From a candidate division WOR-3 bacterium (lineage in GTDB: Bacteria > Hydrothermota > Tepidihabitantia > SM23-42), in assembly GCA_011052815.1 (NCBI GenBank), contig DRIG01000095.1, positions 8,943-72,942 on the forward strand: a stretch of 64,000 nt of DNA, given 5' to 3'. Shown in pieces: positions 50,235-59,792 of this stretch; position 1 is the stretch's first letter, and each line of letters starts with the position of its first letter. A model generated the notes under the pieces. That model had not been told where the DNA came from and did no database searches. It was given only the letters and a program-made list of their open reading frames with translations. The translations under genes and the position numbers were made by a program.

Positions 50235-51152
50235 TCATCCGATTCTCCTTTTTCCTTCCGCTTTTCTCTTCACCAGGAGACCGATGAAAAAGACGACTAC
50301 CTCAAAGACGGTTATCCAGACCCGCGAAATAAAACTGATTGCAATCGCAAGGGGGGTCGGCAGAAGAGGCGACAGAAGTAAAGTCATCATACCCTCACGC
50401 ACACCGAGGCCACCGGGAGCGAAAAGAACGATGAATCCACTCATCCAGGACAGAGTGTAAGCACCCCCCAGATTGAATATTTCACCAAAGGAGATCGGCA
50501 TAATGGCGTTTATCAAAAAATAGAATCCAATGATCTGGGCGCACCATAAACCGAAAAAATATACTGATAAATTAAGCAGTTTTTTATATTCAATTGTAAG
50601 TTTGATTTCTGGTTTCTTCAATACCTTCAGACCGAAATTCGTCAATCTATTGAGAAAATAAGGGTGAAGCATAAAGAGAAGCACGACTACAATCAAGATC
50701 AATATCAAAGGATTTACAGAAACAGCTTTCTGGGTAAGTGCAATCGCGCTCAGAAATATAATCATACTGGTCAGTAAGAGCAGACAGGTTTCAATGATGA
50801 CGCTCAGGAAGACGATACCACTATTCAGCTTCTTTGTTTTGCAGAGGTAGACACGACCGAGGGTATACCATATACCACCGGGAACATATTTTGCCAGCTG
50901 GGAGGTCGTAATAATCCAGAACGCCTCGCTGAAACGTATATCTTCACCCAATTCCCGCAATATCTTCGCCCAGACGAGGACAAAGATGAGAAGATAGATA
51001 GACAGCCAGATAAAAGAAATGGCGAGTTCAGCAAAACCGAAGCGTAATTTTGAAAAAGGAATTCTCTGCCAATTAGTCACCAATGTGGTAATAAGAAAGT
51101 AGAAAATCAATAAAATAATGAGTACGGAAACAATCCGGCGGATGGTCTGCAT
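50235..51152 (-). CDS. Flippase-like / lysylphosphatidylglycerol-synthase-TM-region family membrane protein. ATG at 51152 preferred; the tool's start at 51170 is a TTG.
   Basis: About 8 transmembrane segments and a KYVPGGIWYTLGR-type motif. Confidence 0.45.
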   Translation of the reverse strand: MQTIRRIVSVLIILLIFYFLITTLVTNWQRIPFSKLRFGFAELAISFIWLSIYLLIFVLVWAKILRELGEDIRFSEAFWIITTSQLAKYVPGGIWYTLGRVYLCKTKKLNSGIVFLSVIIETCLLLLTSMIIFLSAIALTQKAVSVNPLILILIVVVLLFMLHPYFLNRLTNFGLKVLKKPEIKLTIEYKKLLNLSVYFFGLWCAQIIGFYFLINAIMPISFGEIFNLGGAYTLSWMSGFIVLFAPGGLGVREGMMTLLLSPLLPTPLAIAISFISRVWITVFEVVVFFIGLLVKRKAEGKRRIG

Positions 51153-51214
51153 ATTATAAATATATATCAATTGCTGGGCTTGTCAACAACCGCCCGATAT
51201 ACGTGTCCGATTTA

Positions 51215-51242
51215 TTGACAACAGTAGTGAATTTTATATAAT
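51215..51242 (+). promoter_or_regulatory. Consensus sigma-70 promoter for the aminotransferase / phosphomutase / deiminase gene string.
   Basis: TTGACA 51215-51220, N16, TATAAT 51237-51242. AGGAGG RBS at the ATG at 51260. Confidence 0.5.
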
Positions 51243-51259
51243 TATAAAAAAGGAGGAAA

Positions 51260-52672
51260 ATGAAAAAAATAGACTATACTTCACCGGAAATAGGTCCCAA
51301 TGCAGAGAAATTGATTGAACGGGATAAAAAGGTCATGTTCGGTGCCCATACACGAACACGGGAAATCCCGCTTGTCGTCGATTATGCGAAAGGTGCACGT
51401 ATTACTGATGTAGACGGTAAAACCTATCTTGATTTCGGAGCGGGATTCGCCGTCGTCGGTACAGGACACTGTCATCCTGAAGTCATCGCCGCGGTTAATA
51501 AACAGATGAACCGTTTAATTCATATCTCAGGCTGTGATTTTTATTATGAACCCCAGATTCAACTTGCTGAAAAACTTTTTCAAATCACTCCCGGTAAATT
51601 TGAAAAACGTGTATACTTTGGAAACTCCGGTGTTGAAGGCGTCTCCGCAACGATAAAGATCGCCCGTCACTTTACCCGCCGGCCGCGTATGATAAGCTTC
51701 CTCGGAGCGTTCCACGGCAGAACATTTTCCGGTATGTCCATGGCCGGCAGTAAAAAAATACAACGTGCTCATTTCTCACCCCTGATACCCGAGGTCACGC
51801 ACACACCTTATCCCTATTGCTATCATTGTATTTTCAACGAAACATATCCCCATTGCATTCGAAAGGAATTCGAAGGTATTCCCCTGGTTTACTGTCTGTC
51901 ATATTTAACCGACGTAATATTTGAAAGACTTATTGATCCGGAAGATGTCTCACTGGTCCTCGTGGAACCGATTCAAGGTGAAGGTGGTTATATCGTACCA
52001 CCGAAAGAATTTCTTCCCGCCCTCCGTAAAATCGCCGATAAGTACGGAATAATCCTCGCTTTTGACGAAATTCAGTGCGGTCTGGGAAGAACCGGTAAAT
52101 GGTTCGCCTGCGACCATGTAGATGTGGTGCCTGACATAATAATAATAGCTAAAGCAATCGCTTCGGGTCTGCCGATGAGTGCCACTGTAAGCCGTGCCGA
52201 ACTACAGGATCCGGAACTTGACGAGCGTGCATGGCATCACGGTGCTCATGGTTCGACCTTCGGCGGCAATCCGGTTATAGCCGCCGCCGGTATCGCCTCC
52301 CTTAAATTAATAGAGAACGGTCTGATCGAGAACGCCGCAAAGATCGGTGAATTTTTAAAACAGGGGATGATTGAAATTATGAATCGACATACAATCATCG
52401 GTGAAGTACGAGGTCTTGGACTCATGGTCGGGCTTGAACTTGTGAAGGACAAAAAAACAAAAGAAAATTTCCCCAGGGTCGTGACTGATAACGGGAAGAA
52501 CATCAAAGAAGTGATAACCGGGGAATGCTTTAAAAGAGGATTGATACTGTATGGCGCGGGCTTCAACTCCCTGCGTATGTCCCCTCCTTTAATCATAACC
52601 AAAGATGACGCAGAGGAAGCATTACGAATCATCGAAGAAGTCATCACCTGGGTGGAGAAACAGATTTTATGA
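51260..52672 (+). CDS. Class-III (GabT-like) PLP aminotransferase with a Cys/His-rich insertion.
   Basis: Aminotransferase class III pattern. Insertion PYPYCYHCIFNETYPHC. Confidence 0.75.
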   Translation: MKKIDYTSPEIGPNAEKLIERDKKVMFGAHTRTREIPLVVDYAKGARITDVDGKTYLDFGAGFAVVGTGHCHPEVIAAVNKQMNRLIHISGCDFYYEPQIQLAEKLFQITPGKFEKRVYFGNSGVEGVSATIKIARHFTRRPRMISFLGAFHGRTFSGMSMAGSKKIQRAHFSPLIPEVTHTPYPYCYHCIFNETYPHCIRKEFEGIPLVYCLSYLTDVIFERLIDPEDVSLVLVEPIQGEGGYIVPPKEFLPALRKIADKYGIILAFDEIQCGLGRTGKWFACDHVDVVPDIIIIAKAIASGLPMSATVSRAELQDPELDERAWHHGAHGSTFGGNPVIAAAGIASLKLIENGLIENAAKIGEFLKQGMIEIMNRHTIIGEVRGLGLMVGLELVKDKKTKENFPRVVTDNGKNIKEVITGECFKRGLILYGAGFNSLRMSPPLIITKDDAEEALRIIEEVITWVEKQIL

Positions 52673-54009
52673 TCAATCCGACAATCTTCAGGGAATATGA
52701 TATACGGGGTATCGCTGAAACCGATTTGACGGATGAAAATGTCTATCTCTGCGGTCGCGGATTCGGGAGCTATTATATCTCCCAGGGAACGAAAAAAGTA
52801 ATCATCGGCCGTGATGTCAGGTTATCATCACCGAGGATTACCGAAGCACTGCAAAAGGGTTTGAATGATTCCGGTTGCGAGGTGATTGAAATCGGAGAAG
52901 TACCCACGCCGATCCTTTATTTTGCACTCTATTATTATAATATAGGAAGCGGAATAATGATCACTGCAAGCCACAATCCTAAGGAATTCAACGGTTTCAA
53001 AATCTGTTTGAACAAAAGCACCATCTACGGTGAAGAACTTCAGAAATTAAGGGGGATTATAGAAGAAAAGAAATTTTCATCAGGGAAAGGTTCGGTCGAG
53101 AAACGGAATATAATTCCGGCTTACATCGATCATGTCACTCAACAGGTAAAAATCAAACGGAAGCTAAAGGTGATTTTCGACACCGGTAATGGAACATGCG
53201 GGCCGATAATCGAGCAGATGATGAAAAGGATGCCTGTTGAATATGATATTCTCTTCAAGGAGCCCGATGGAAACTTTCCAAATCACCTGCCTGACCCGAC
53301 AGTGGTCAAGCATATTTCAAAATTGATAGAGGCTGTAAAGAAAAACGAAGTCGATTGCGGCATCGGATTCGACGGTGACGGAGACAGAATCGGGGTGATC
53401 GATGAAAACGGTGAGATAGTATGGGGTGATATTCTTCTCGCGATCTACGCCGAATCGGTTCTGAAGATAATACCCGGGGCGAAGATAATATTTGAAGTGA
53501 AATGCTCCAAGGGATTGATTGAAAGAATTGAAGAATTGGGCGGCACACCTTTAATGTACAAAACCGGCCATTCTCTCATCAAGGCGAAAATGAAACTTGA
53601 GAATTCACCTTTGGCCGGTGAGATGTCGGGCCACATCTTCTTTGCTGATAAATATTACGGGTTCGATGATGCACTCTATGCCTGTCTCAGGTTGCTTGAA
53701 ATATTGGGCGACAACGAAAAATTATCCGCATTAGCCAACAAAGTCCCAAAGTACTATTCAACCCCGGAAATACGGATTGAAACAACCGATGAGAAAAAAT
53801 TCGAGATCGTCGAAAGATTCAAAGAATCTTTTAAAAAAACTTACAAGGTTATTGACATCGACGGCGTCAGGATAGATTTCTCTGACGGCTGGGGACTTAT
53901 CAGACCGTCGAATACCCAGCCGGTGCTTGTCCTGAGATTTGAAGCAAAGACCGAAAAAAGGTTGGAAGAAATAAAAAGATTGTTTTTTGACAAATTAGAA
54001 AAAATGTAA
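52669..54009 (+). CDS. Phosphomannomutase/phosphoglucomutase family enzyme.
   Basis: TASHNP phosphoserine loop, GFDGDGDR metal loop, GEMSGH sugar-binding loop. Confidence 0.85.
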   Translation: MINPTIFREYDIRGIAETDLTDENVYLCGRGFGSYYISQGTKKVIIGRDVRLSSPRITEALQKGLNDSGCEVIEIGEVPTPILYFALYYYNIGSGIMITASHNPKEFNGFKICLNKSTIYGEELQKLRGIIEEKKFSSGKGSVEKRNIIPAYIDHVTQQVKIKRKLKVIFDTGNGTCGPIIEQMMKRMPVEYDILFKEPDGNFPNHLPDPTVVKHISKLIEAVKKNEVDCGIGFDGDGDRIGVIDENGEIVWGDILLAIYAESVLKIIPGAKIIFEVKCSKGLIERIEELGGTPLMYKTGHSLIKAKMKLENSPLAGEMSGHIFFADKYYGFDDALYACLRLLEILGDNEKLSALANKVPKYYSTPEIRIETTDEKKFEIVERFKESFKKTYKVIDIDGVRIDFSDGWGLIRPSNTQPVLVLRFEAKTEKRLEEIKRLFFDKLEKM

Positions 54010-54030
54010 TAAAAATAATAAGGAGGTATT

Positions 54031-56649
54031 ATGTCTGTTCTGTTCTGCACCGTGATTCTGTTGATTCAGACAAATGATCCATTCCTCCCCCGATGGATGA
54101 CACCTGAAGAGAGCTTGATGATTGACAAAATCGGGCAGGGACATATCATCACCGCCCCTCCCGGTGGATGGGTCGAAACTCCGGGTGAATTTGAACCGTT
54201 GAAAGGTGTCTTCATCACCTGGATATGGAATCAATACAATTCCGTATTCCGGGAGATAGTGCGTGAAGTCGTGGAAGTATCAAGGGTATATATTGTGGTT
54301 GGCTCGAGCAGTGAGCAGACCAACATCACAAATTATCTCCAGAGTAATGGTATACCACTTGATTCGGTGACATTCTACATCTGGCCCAGAAATTCAATAT
54401 GGATGCGTGATTACGGACCCTGGTTTATCCGTAAAGAGGATAATTCAGAGGGGATTGTTGACTTCATCTATAATAGACCAAGACCGAGTGATGATACCAT
54501 TCCCTGGCGTATCGGTCAGCAATGGGGGATCCCGGTCTATGGTTCACCCCTTACCCATCCCGGTGGCAACTTTATGGTCGACGGTCTGGGTACCGGGTTT
54601 TCCAGCAACTTAATCTATGATGAAAATCCATCATACACCCCTGAGGAAATCGATTCCCTTATGCTTGAATACAACGGCCTTGAACAGTTTATTGTACTGG
54701 ACTCGATGATAACCGAATATACCAAACATATCGACCTCTGGGCAAAGGTACTGAATGATACGCTTGTGATGGTCGGCGAATATACCAATACAAACCATCC
54801 TGACTATCAAACGCTCAACAACAACGCCGATTCGATCTCCCGTTGTAAAAATCGTGAAGGTCAACCCTACCGTGTGGTGCGCATTCCCATGCCCTATTCC
54901 ACCTCAAACGCTCCTCCTTCTTATCTCAACTCACTCTTTGTCAACAATAAAGTACTCGTGCCGCTCTGGGGAGAACCGGAAGATGATACGGCCCTCTTCA
55001 TCTACCAGCAGGCATTACCCGGATACACCATCGTGGGAATCGACTGTTCTTCAATGGCGGGTTCAGGAGGTGCGATACACTGCATCACAATGCAGGCACC
55101 GAGCCCCAGATTCATACATATTCTCCATTATCCTTTAACAGATACTGAAGACACCTTGAATCCCTATCGTGTTCGGGCGCGTATAACCACTTCCAACACA
55201 CTCCAGACCGATTCAACCGTGATTTTCTATAAAATCAACAGCGGTTCTTTCACCACCACTCCCCTCTCAGTGGTAAGCGACACACCGGGTGTCTATGCAG
55301 GCTATATACCCTCTCAATCCGCCGGTGACACAGTACATTATTATCTCCTTGTGAAAAACAACGATGGTGTCAGACGGACCTCACCGGTCCATGCGCCTGC
55401 ACATATCTACTCATTCCTCGTGGGTCCTGACGCCGTTCCGCCGGAAATAATCCATACACCGTTGAGTGACCAACTCGTATCTAATTGGCCCGCTCATGTT
55501 ACCGCCACGGTAACGGATAATTCAGGAGTGGACTCAGTAATTCTTGAATATTCAATAAACAGTTCTCCTCAGTCTCCGATATTGATGCAGAATACAGGCG
55601 GCGATCTCTACGAAGCGGACTTCGCGGGAACCGTCAATGTAGGCGATTCAATATTCTATCGTATAAAAGCGGTCGACGGTTCGGTAAATCACAATACAGC
55701 ATACCATCCGCCTTCAGGTTACCATTCCTTCGCAATCATTGACAAAATTCCTGTCGGCATATGGGAGCCCGACCAGACACCAATTACAAGTACACCCCTC
55801 ATAAACTTCCTCGACAGTGCGGGAATCGCCTATGAATACAACACCTCTTACCCGACATTTGATCTATATACCTGTATATTCATATGCCTGGGTGTCTACT
55901 CAAACAACTATCAATTGACCAATGCACAGGCGAACGATCTGGTTTCATACCTGAACAACGGCGGTAGATGCTACATGGAAGGCGGTGACGCCTGGTGCTA
56001 TGATCCGGCAGGAAGTATCTATCGAAGTTATTTCGGAATAAGCCAGGTCGACGACGGCAGCACGATGACCGGTAATATCAACGGAGTCAGCGGGACATTC
56101 ACTGAAGGGATGTCTTTCGCCTATGCAGGTGAAAACAGTTATATGGATCGGATCGCCCCTGTCTCACCGGCGTTTACAATATTCACGAACGGCGGATACA
56201 ACCGCACTGTTGCATACGATGCCGGCACATACCGAACCATCGGTTCGTCGTTTGAACTCGGCGGCTTGACTGACGGCGCCTCACCAAGCACGAAATCAGA
56301 ACTCATCCAGCAGATTCTTATCTTCTTCGGTATAATTGTCGGGTCAGAAGAAGAACAAAGATTCGAAAAATCCCAGGTCGACCTTACTTCTGTCACGCCG
56401 AATCCCGTACGCCGTGACGTTACATTCAATATCAGTCTTCAGAAAAAATCCGACGTCAGAATCGATATCTACAACGTACTCGGTCAGCGGGTTAAATCTC
56501 TGGAATTCAAATCGCTCAAAGCGGGCGGCCATAATATAGAATGGAATTTACACGACGATAGAAATAGAATGCTGGCGCAGGGAGCGTATTTCTACCGTGT
56601 TACAACGGATAAGGGAGTAACGACAGGAAAAATCCTTTTGATAAAATAA
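54031..56649 (+). CDS. Agmatine deiminase / Porphyromonas-type peptidyl-arginine deiminase family enzyme, fused to extra beta domains and a T9SS C-terminal domain.
   Basis: Signal peptide. An AguA-like N-terminus (TPGEFEPLKGVFITW). Catalytic Cys motif GGAIHCITMQ at about residue 345. About 400 aa of Ig-like domains. Ends ...GAYFYRVTTDKGVTTGKILLIK. Confidence 0.7.
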   Translation: MSVLFCTVILLIQTNDPFLPRWMTPEESLMIDKIGQGHIITAPPGGWVETPGEFEPLKGVFITWIWNQYNSVFREIVREVVEVSRVYIVVGSSSEQTNITNYLQSNGIPLDSVTFYIWPRNSIWMRDYGPWFIRKEDNSEGIVDFIYNRPRPSDDTIPWRIGQQWGIPVYGSPLTHPGGNFMVDGLGTGFSSNLIYDENPSYTPEEIDSLMLEYNGLEQFIVLDSMITEYTKHIDLWAKVLNDTLVMVGEYTNTNHPDYQTLNNNADSISRCKNREGQPYRVVRIPMPYSTSNAPPSYLNSLFVNNKVLVPLWGEPEDDTALFIYQQALPGYTIVGIDCSSMAGSGGAIHCITMQAPSPRFIHILHYPLTDTEDTLNPYRVRARITTSNTLQTDSTVIFYKINSGSFTTTPLSVVSDTPGVYAGYIPSQSAGDTVHYYLLVKNNDGVRRTSPVHAPAHIYSFLVGPDAVPPEIIHTPLSDQLVSNWPAHVTATVTDNSGVDSVILEYSINSSPQSPILMQNTGGDLYEADFAGTVNVGDSIFYRIKAVDGSVNHNTAYHPPSGYHSFAIIDKIPVGIWEPDQTPITSTPLINFLDSAGIAYEYNTSYPTFDLYTCIFICLGVYSNNYQLTNAQANDLVSYLNNGGRCYMEGGDAWCYDPAGSIYRSYFGISQVDDGSTMTGNINGVSGTFTEGMSFAYAGENSYMDRIAPVSPAFTIFTNGGYNRTVAYDAGTYRTIGSSFELGGLTDGASPSTKSELIQQILIFFGIIVGSEEEQRFEKSQVDLTSVTPNPVRRDVTFNISLQKKSDVRIDIYNVLGQRVKSLEFKSLKAGGHNIEWNLHDDRNRMLAQGAYFYRVTTDKGVTTGKILLIK

Positions 56650-56667
56650 TAAAGAAATCTTTAAGAA

Positions 56668-56955
56668 TTACATACCGGGAATAGGAAAACCTGTAATCGA
56701 TCGGAAACTTTCCCGGGTCGCTTCAGTTACCTTGCTCTTTGCGTCATTCAGGGCGGCGAGAATAAGGTCTTCGAGCATTGAAACGTCTTTTTCTTCGATT
56801 ATCTGCGGATCGATCTTTACAGAAAGGACATTCTGTTCACCGTCCATCTCGATCTTCACCATACCGCCACCGGCGCTTCCCTCGATTCTTATCTTCCTCA
56901 ACTCTTCCAGCAGTTTTGCCTGCAATTTCTGGGCTTCCTTTAAAATATCTTTCAT
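56668..56955 (-). CDS. ybaB: Nucleoid-associated protein YbaB/EbfC.
   Basis: 95 aa, conserved YbaB family sequence, immediately downstream of dnaX. Confidence 0.85.
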   Translation of the reverse strand: MKDILKEAQKLQAKLLEELRKIRIEGSAGGGMVKIEMDGEQNVLSVKIDPQIIEEKDVSMLEDLILAALNDAKSKVTEATRESFRSITGFPIPGM

Positions 56956-58403
56956 CGTATCTCCTCTCCGTCAAAGAGAACCTTTATTGATTTCACCAGG
57001 TCATTATCAACCTTTTGTTTTTCAACGACCTCGACATGCAGTTTGACATCAGAGCCGAAGAGTTCCTGGAGTACGGCTTCAATCTTTTTACGATGATCAA
57101 TCAACTGTTTTTTTGAAAATTCATTATCCACCAGAACAGTCACCCGATCATCAATCTTTTTTATTTCTGCTTTATGAATAATCCCCGCCAGTTTCGGACT
57201 TATCCTCTGTAGTTTTTTGAATATCCTGTCTCCGGGATCGTTGCTGTTCACATCCCCGTTCTCTTCAGAACCGGAATTCCTGATTTTCTTCGCTTCGTTC
57301 TCTCTTGTTCCACGTCCGGTTTCGGAAAAGATCAAAACCAACTGACTGAAGAGCAGTTCCAGAGCAATTCGAATATTGACCGACCTCCTGATGAGCTCTT
57401 CAAACCGCAGGCAGACTTCAAGAATATTTATAATGTCCGACTTGCTTAAACTCATCTTTCTCAAAAGTTCAATCTCCTCGGCATTCAGCTCTACAAATTC
57501 ATCAGGGATATTAATTCTAAAGAGAAGTGCTGCTCGTGTAAAATTGGTGAAGCCACGATAAATTTCAAGTGGATCGGCTCCGTCTTCTATACCTTTATTC
57601 AACAAAAGAATAACCTGTTTTAAATCACCGGCGACGACTCCCTTTAGTATATCAAAATAAAAGCTGCTGCTTAGGAATCCTATCAGCTGAAAAACATCTT
57701 TCTCAGTAATTTCACCTTCTACAAACGACGCCAGTTGCTCAAGAATACTTTCACCGTCCCGGATACTGCCGTCCGCGCGAATGGCGATGTAGTGTAGAGC
57801 ATTCTCCGTAATCTTAAGATTCTCCTTCCCGGCGATCAAAGCCAAGCGGGAACTGATTTCCTTAAGGGACAGTCTTTTAAAGACGAATCTCTGACAGCGC
57901 GACAAGATGGTCGCCGGAACCTTCATCGGATTTGTGGTGGCGAAAATGAAGATCACCTTTGGAGGCGGTTCTTCAAGGGTTTTCAATAAGGCGTTAAACG
58001 CCTCCTGGGTCAACATATGAACCTCATCGATGATATAAATCTTATATCGCCCGTGAATCGGTGAATATTTCACCCCTTCTCTTAAATTCCGAATCTCCTC
58101 AATACCGCGGTTTGAAGCGCCGTCGATTTCCACAACATCGATACTTCTGCTCAACGTGATCTCACGACAGGAAGTACATTTCTGACAGGGTTCGAGTGTA
58201 GGACCATTCTCGCAATTCAAGCTTTTTGCAAGAATTCTCGCTGTCGTCGTCTTGCCGACGCCGCGCGGACCCGCGAAGAGAAAGGCATGGCCTATTCTAC
58301 CGCTTCTGATCGCACCCTTCAACGAAAAAACAATATGGTCCTGTCCTGTCAACTCATCAAAATTCTGTGGTCGGTACTTCAATGAAATAACACGATGTGC
58401 CAT
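56952..58403 (-). CDS. dnaX: DNA polymerase III subunit gamma/tau.
   Basis: Walker A GPRGVGKTT, zinc module CQKCTSC, clamp-loader domains. Confidence 0.9.
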   Translation of the reverse strand: MAHRVISLKYRPQNFDELTGQDHIVFSLKGAIRSGRIGHAFLFAGPRGVGKTTTARILAKSLNCENGPTLEPCQKCTSCREITLSRSIDVVEIDGASNRGIEEIRNLREGVKYSPIHGRYKIYIIDEVHMLTQEAFNALLKTLEEPPPKVIFIFATTNPMKVPATILSRCQRFVFKRLSLKEISSRLALIAGKENLKITENALHYIAIRADGSIRDGESILEQLASFVEGEITEKDVFQLIGFLSSSFYFDILKGVVAGDLKQVILLLNKGIEDGADPLEIYRGFTNFTRAALLFRINIPDEFVELNAEEIELLRKMSLSKSDIINILEVCLRFEELIRRSVNIRIALELLFSQLVLIFSETGRGTRENEAKKIRNSGSEENGDVNSNDPGDRIFKKLQRISPKLAGIIHKAEIKKIDDRVTVLVDNEFSKKQLIDHRKKIEAVLQELFGSDVKLHVEVVEKQKVDNDLVKSIKVLFDGEEIR

Positions 58404-58498
58404 ATTTACCTCATTAAATGGATATATTCAAATTCTCTTTTAACATCACATTCAACCGTAAATTTGCAGATAACCCTGTTTTGAAATTCAGATTGAAT

Positions 58499-58787
58499 CG
58501 GTCGTGCACTCCCTTCGCCAGTCTCTCCAGGAACAGAAAGGCGAAGAGCTCAGACCAGGTTTCCTTATGACCGGCCCATTTCTACTTACCGCTGCTTCTT
58601 TCCAGACCTGACGGGGTTTGTAGCTGGTACCATCATAAGACCCAATCCTCAACACTCTTCAACTCCTCACTGTCGCCCCTGAAAAGTACTGTCTCAAATG
58701 GAGCCTTCAGTCCCGCATAAGCGGATTTCGGGTCATCCGCCAAACGGCGGATTCAAGGCACCGCTAACTCCCCACTTAGCACGACCG
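58499..58787 (-). ncRNA. ffs: Signal recognition particle RNA, long (Bacillus-type) form with an Alu domain.
   Basis: The reverse complement begins GGUCGUGCUAAGUGGGGAGUUAGCGGUGCC (5' Alu motif). It contains the domain IV motif GUCAGGUCUGGAAAGAAGCAGC and ends GUGCACGACC, which pairs with the 5' end. It sits immediately upstream of dnaX, as in many bacteria. No ORF in the region. Confidence 0.75.
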
Positions 58788-58790
58788 AAT

Positions 58791-59792
58791 CTATCGGACA
58801 AAATCCAATTTGTCAAATAAAAATTCGTTCGGTTTTATACCGCAGGTGCCGATTCCCAGCTTAACCAGTTTTGTCTGCAGATTCTCCACATTCTTTAAAT
58901 TTATCTCAGCAAGTCTCTGATACTCAGGTGTTCGGATATTATGCACCAATTCCGACTCATGAGGCCAGTTATTGATCTTTATTATAACTTTCTTACAGAT
59001 TTCCGGATTCCTCGTTATATAACTTAATGTAGCATCCAGTGCATTTTTTAATCGTATCCCTGCCAGTTTATTCTCTTCCTTGACATAACTCTTGCGCATT
59101 ACAATCGCCGTATAGGGAAAAGACGACGAGATGATGTACATAGAAATAAGACCCTCAAAAAGTATCTTGTTTCCTTGATACAGCATATATCCTCGATACG
59201 GATCGATCAGATACACGGCATCCACTTCTTTATTCGTAAATGCGGTCGCAAGCTGTTCCGGTTCCAGCAGCACTTTTTTCACTCTGGTGATCTTCTCCTT
59301 TTCGGCAAGCTGGGAAAGAATCAAATCAACAATATACTCATCCTGTTTCAGATATCCCAATCTTTTCCCTTTGAGATGACCCAACCTTCTAATCTTCGAT
59401 TTCTCGGGAACTATTATCGCGTCCAGAAGCTTACCCGACCTCAGTTCAAGAGAAGCACACACCTTCACCGTATCACCGTCGATCGCCGGGGAGAGCAGAA
59501 GGTTATACCACGGTACCGCGACAATGTCATAAAGGCCGTCTTTTAACCCCTGCAGGGGGTCTCCTGTAACCTCGACGAATTCCGGTTCGATCTTTTCGAT
59601 GACAAAATACTGTCGTGACGTATCTTCTTCAGCGACATAAAAAGGTACTGAAGCAAATGATTTATCAACACCGATCTTTATCTGTGAGGGTAATGACTCT
59701 TTGTATTGGGGATAACCGACGACGAAGAGCAAAGCGATGATACCCAAAAAGATGAGAACATTCAATATTCTTTCTCTCGCCTTTATACTCAT
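58791..59792 (-). CDS. Membrane-anchored periplasmic substrate-binding-like protein (NMT1/SsuA-like fold suspected).
   Basis: N-terminal transmembrane anchor. IKIGVDKSFASVPFYVA pattern. Confidence 0.4.
   Translation of the reverse strand: MSIKARERILNVLIFLGIIALLFVVGYPQYKESLPSQIKIGVDKSFASVPFYVAEEDTSRQYFVIEKIEPEFVEVTGDPLQGLKDGLYDIVAVPWYNLLLSPAIDGDTVKVCASLELRSGKLLDAIIVPEKSKIRRLGHLKGKRLGYLKQDEYIVDLILSQLAEKEKITRVKKVLLEPEQLATAFTNKEVDAVYLIDPYRGYMLYQGNKILFEGLISMYIISSSFPYTAIVMRKSYVKEENKLAGIRLKNALDATLSYITRNPEICKKVIIKINNWPHESELVHNIRTPEYQRLAEINLKNVENLQTKLVKLGIGTCGIKPNEFLFDKLDFVR

Noticed and set aside
56952-58403. An A7 run (A_AAA_AAA) in dnaX as a programmed frameshift or transcriptional slippage site making a gamma subunit.
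   Set aside because: It lies at about codon 410 of 483, too close to the C-terminus to give a meaningful gamma/tau pair. It is not the canonical A_AAA_AAG and has no downstream stem-loop.
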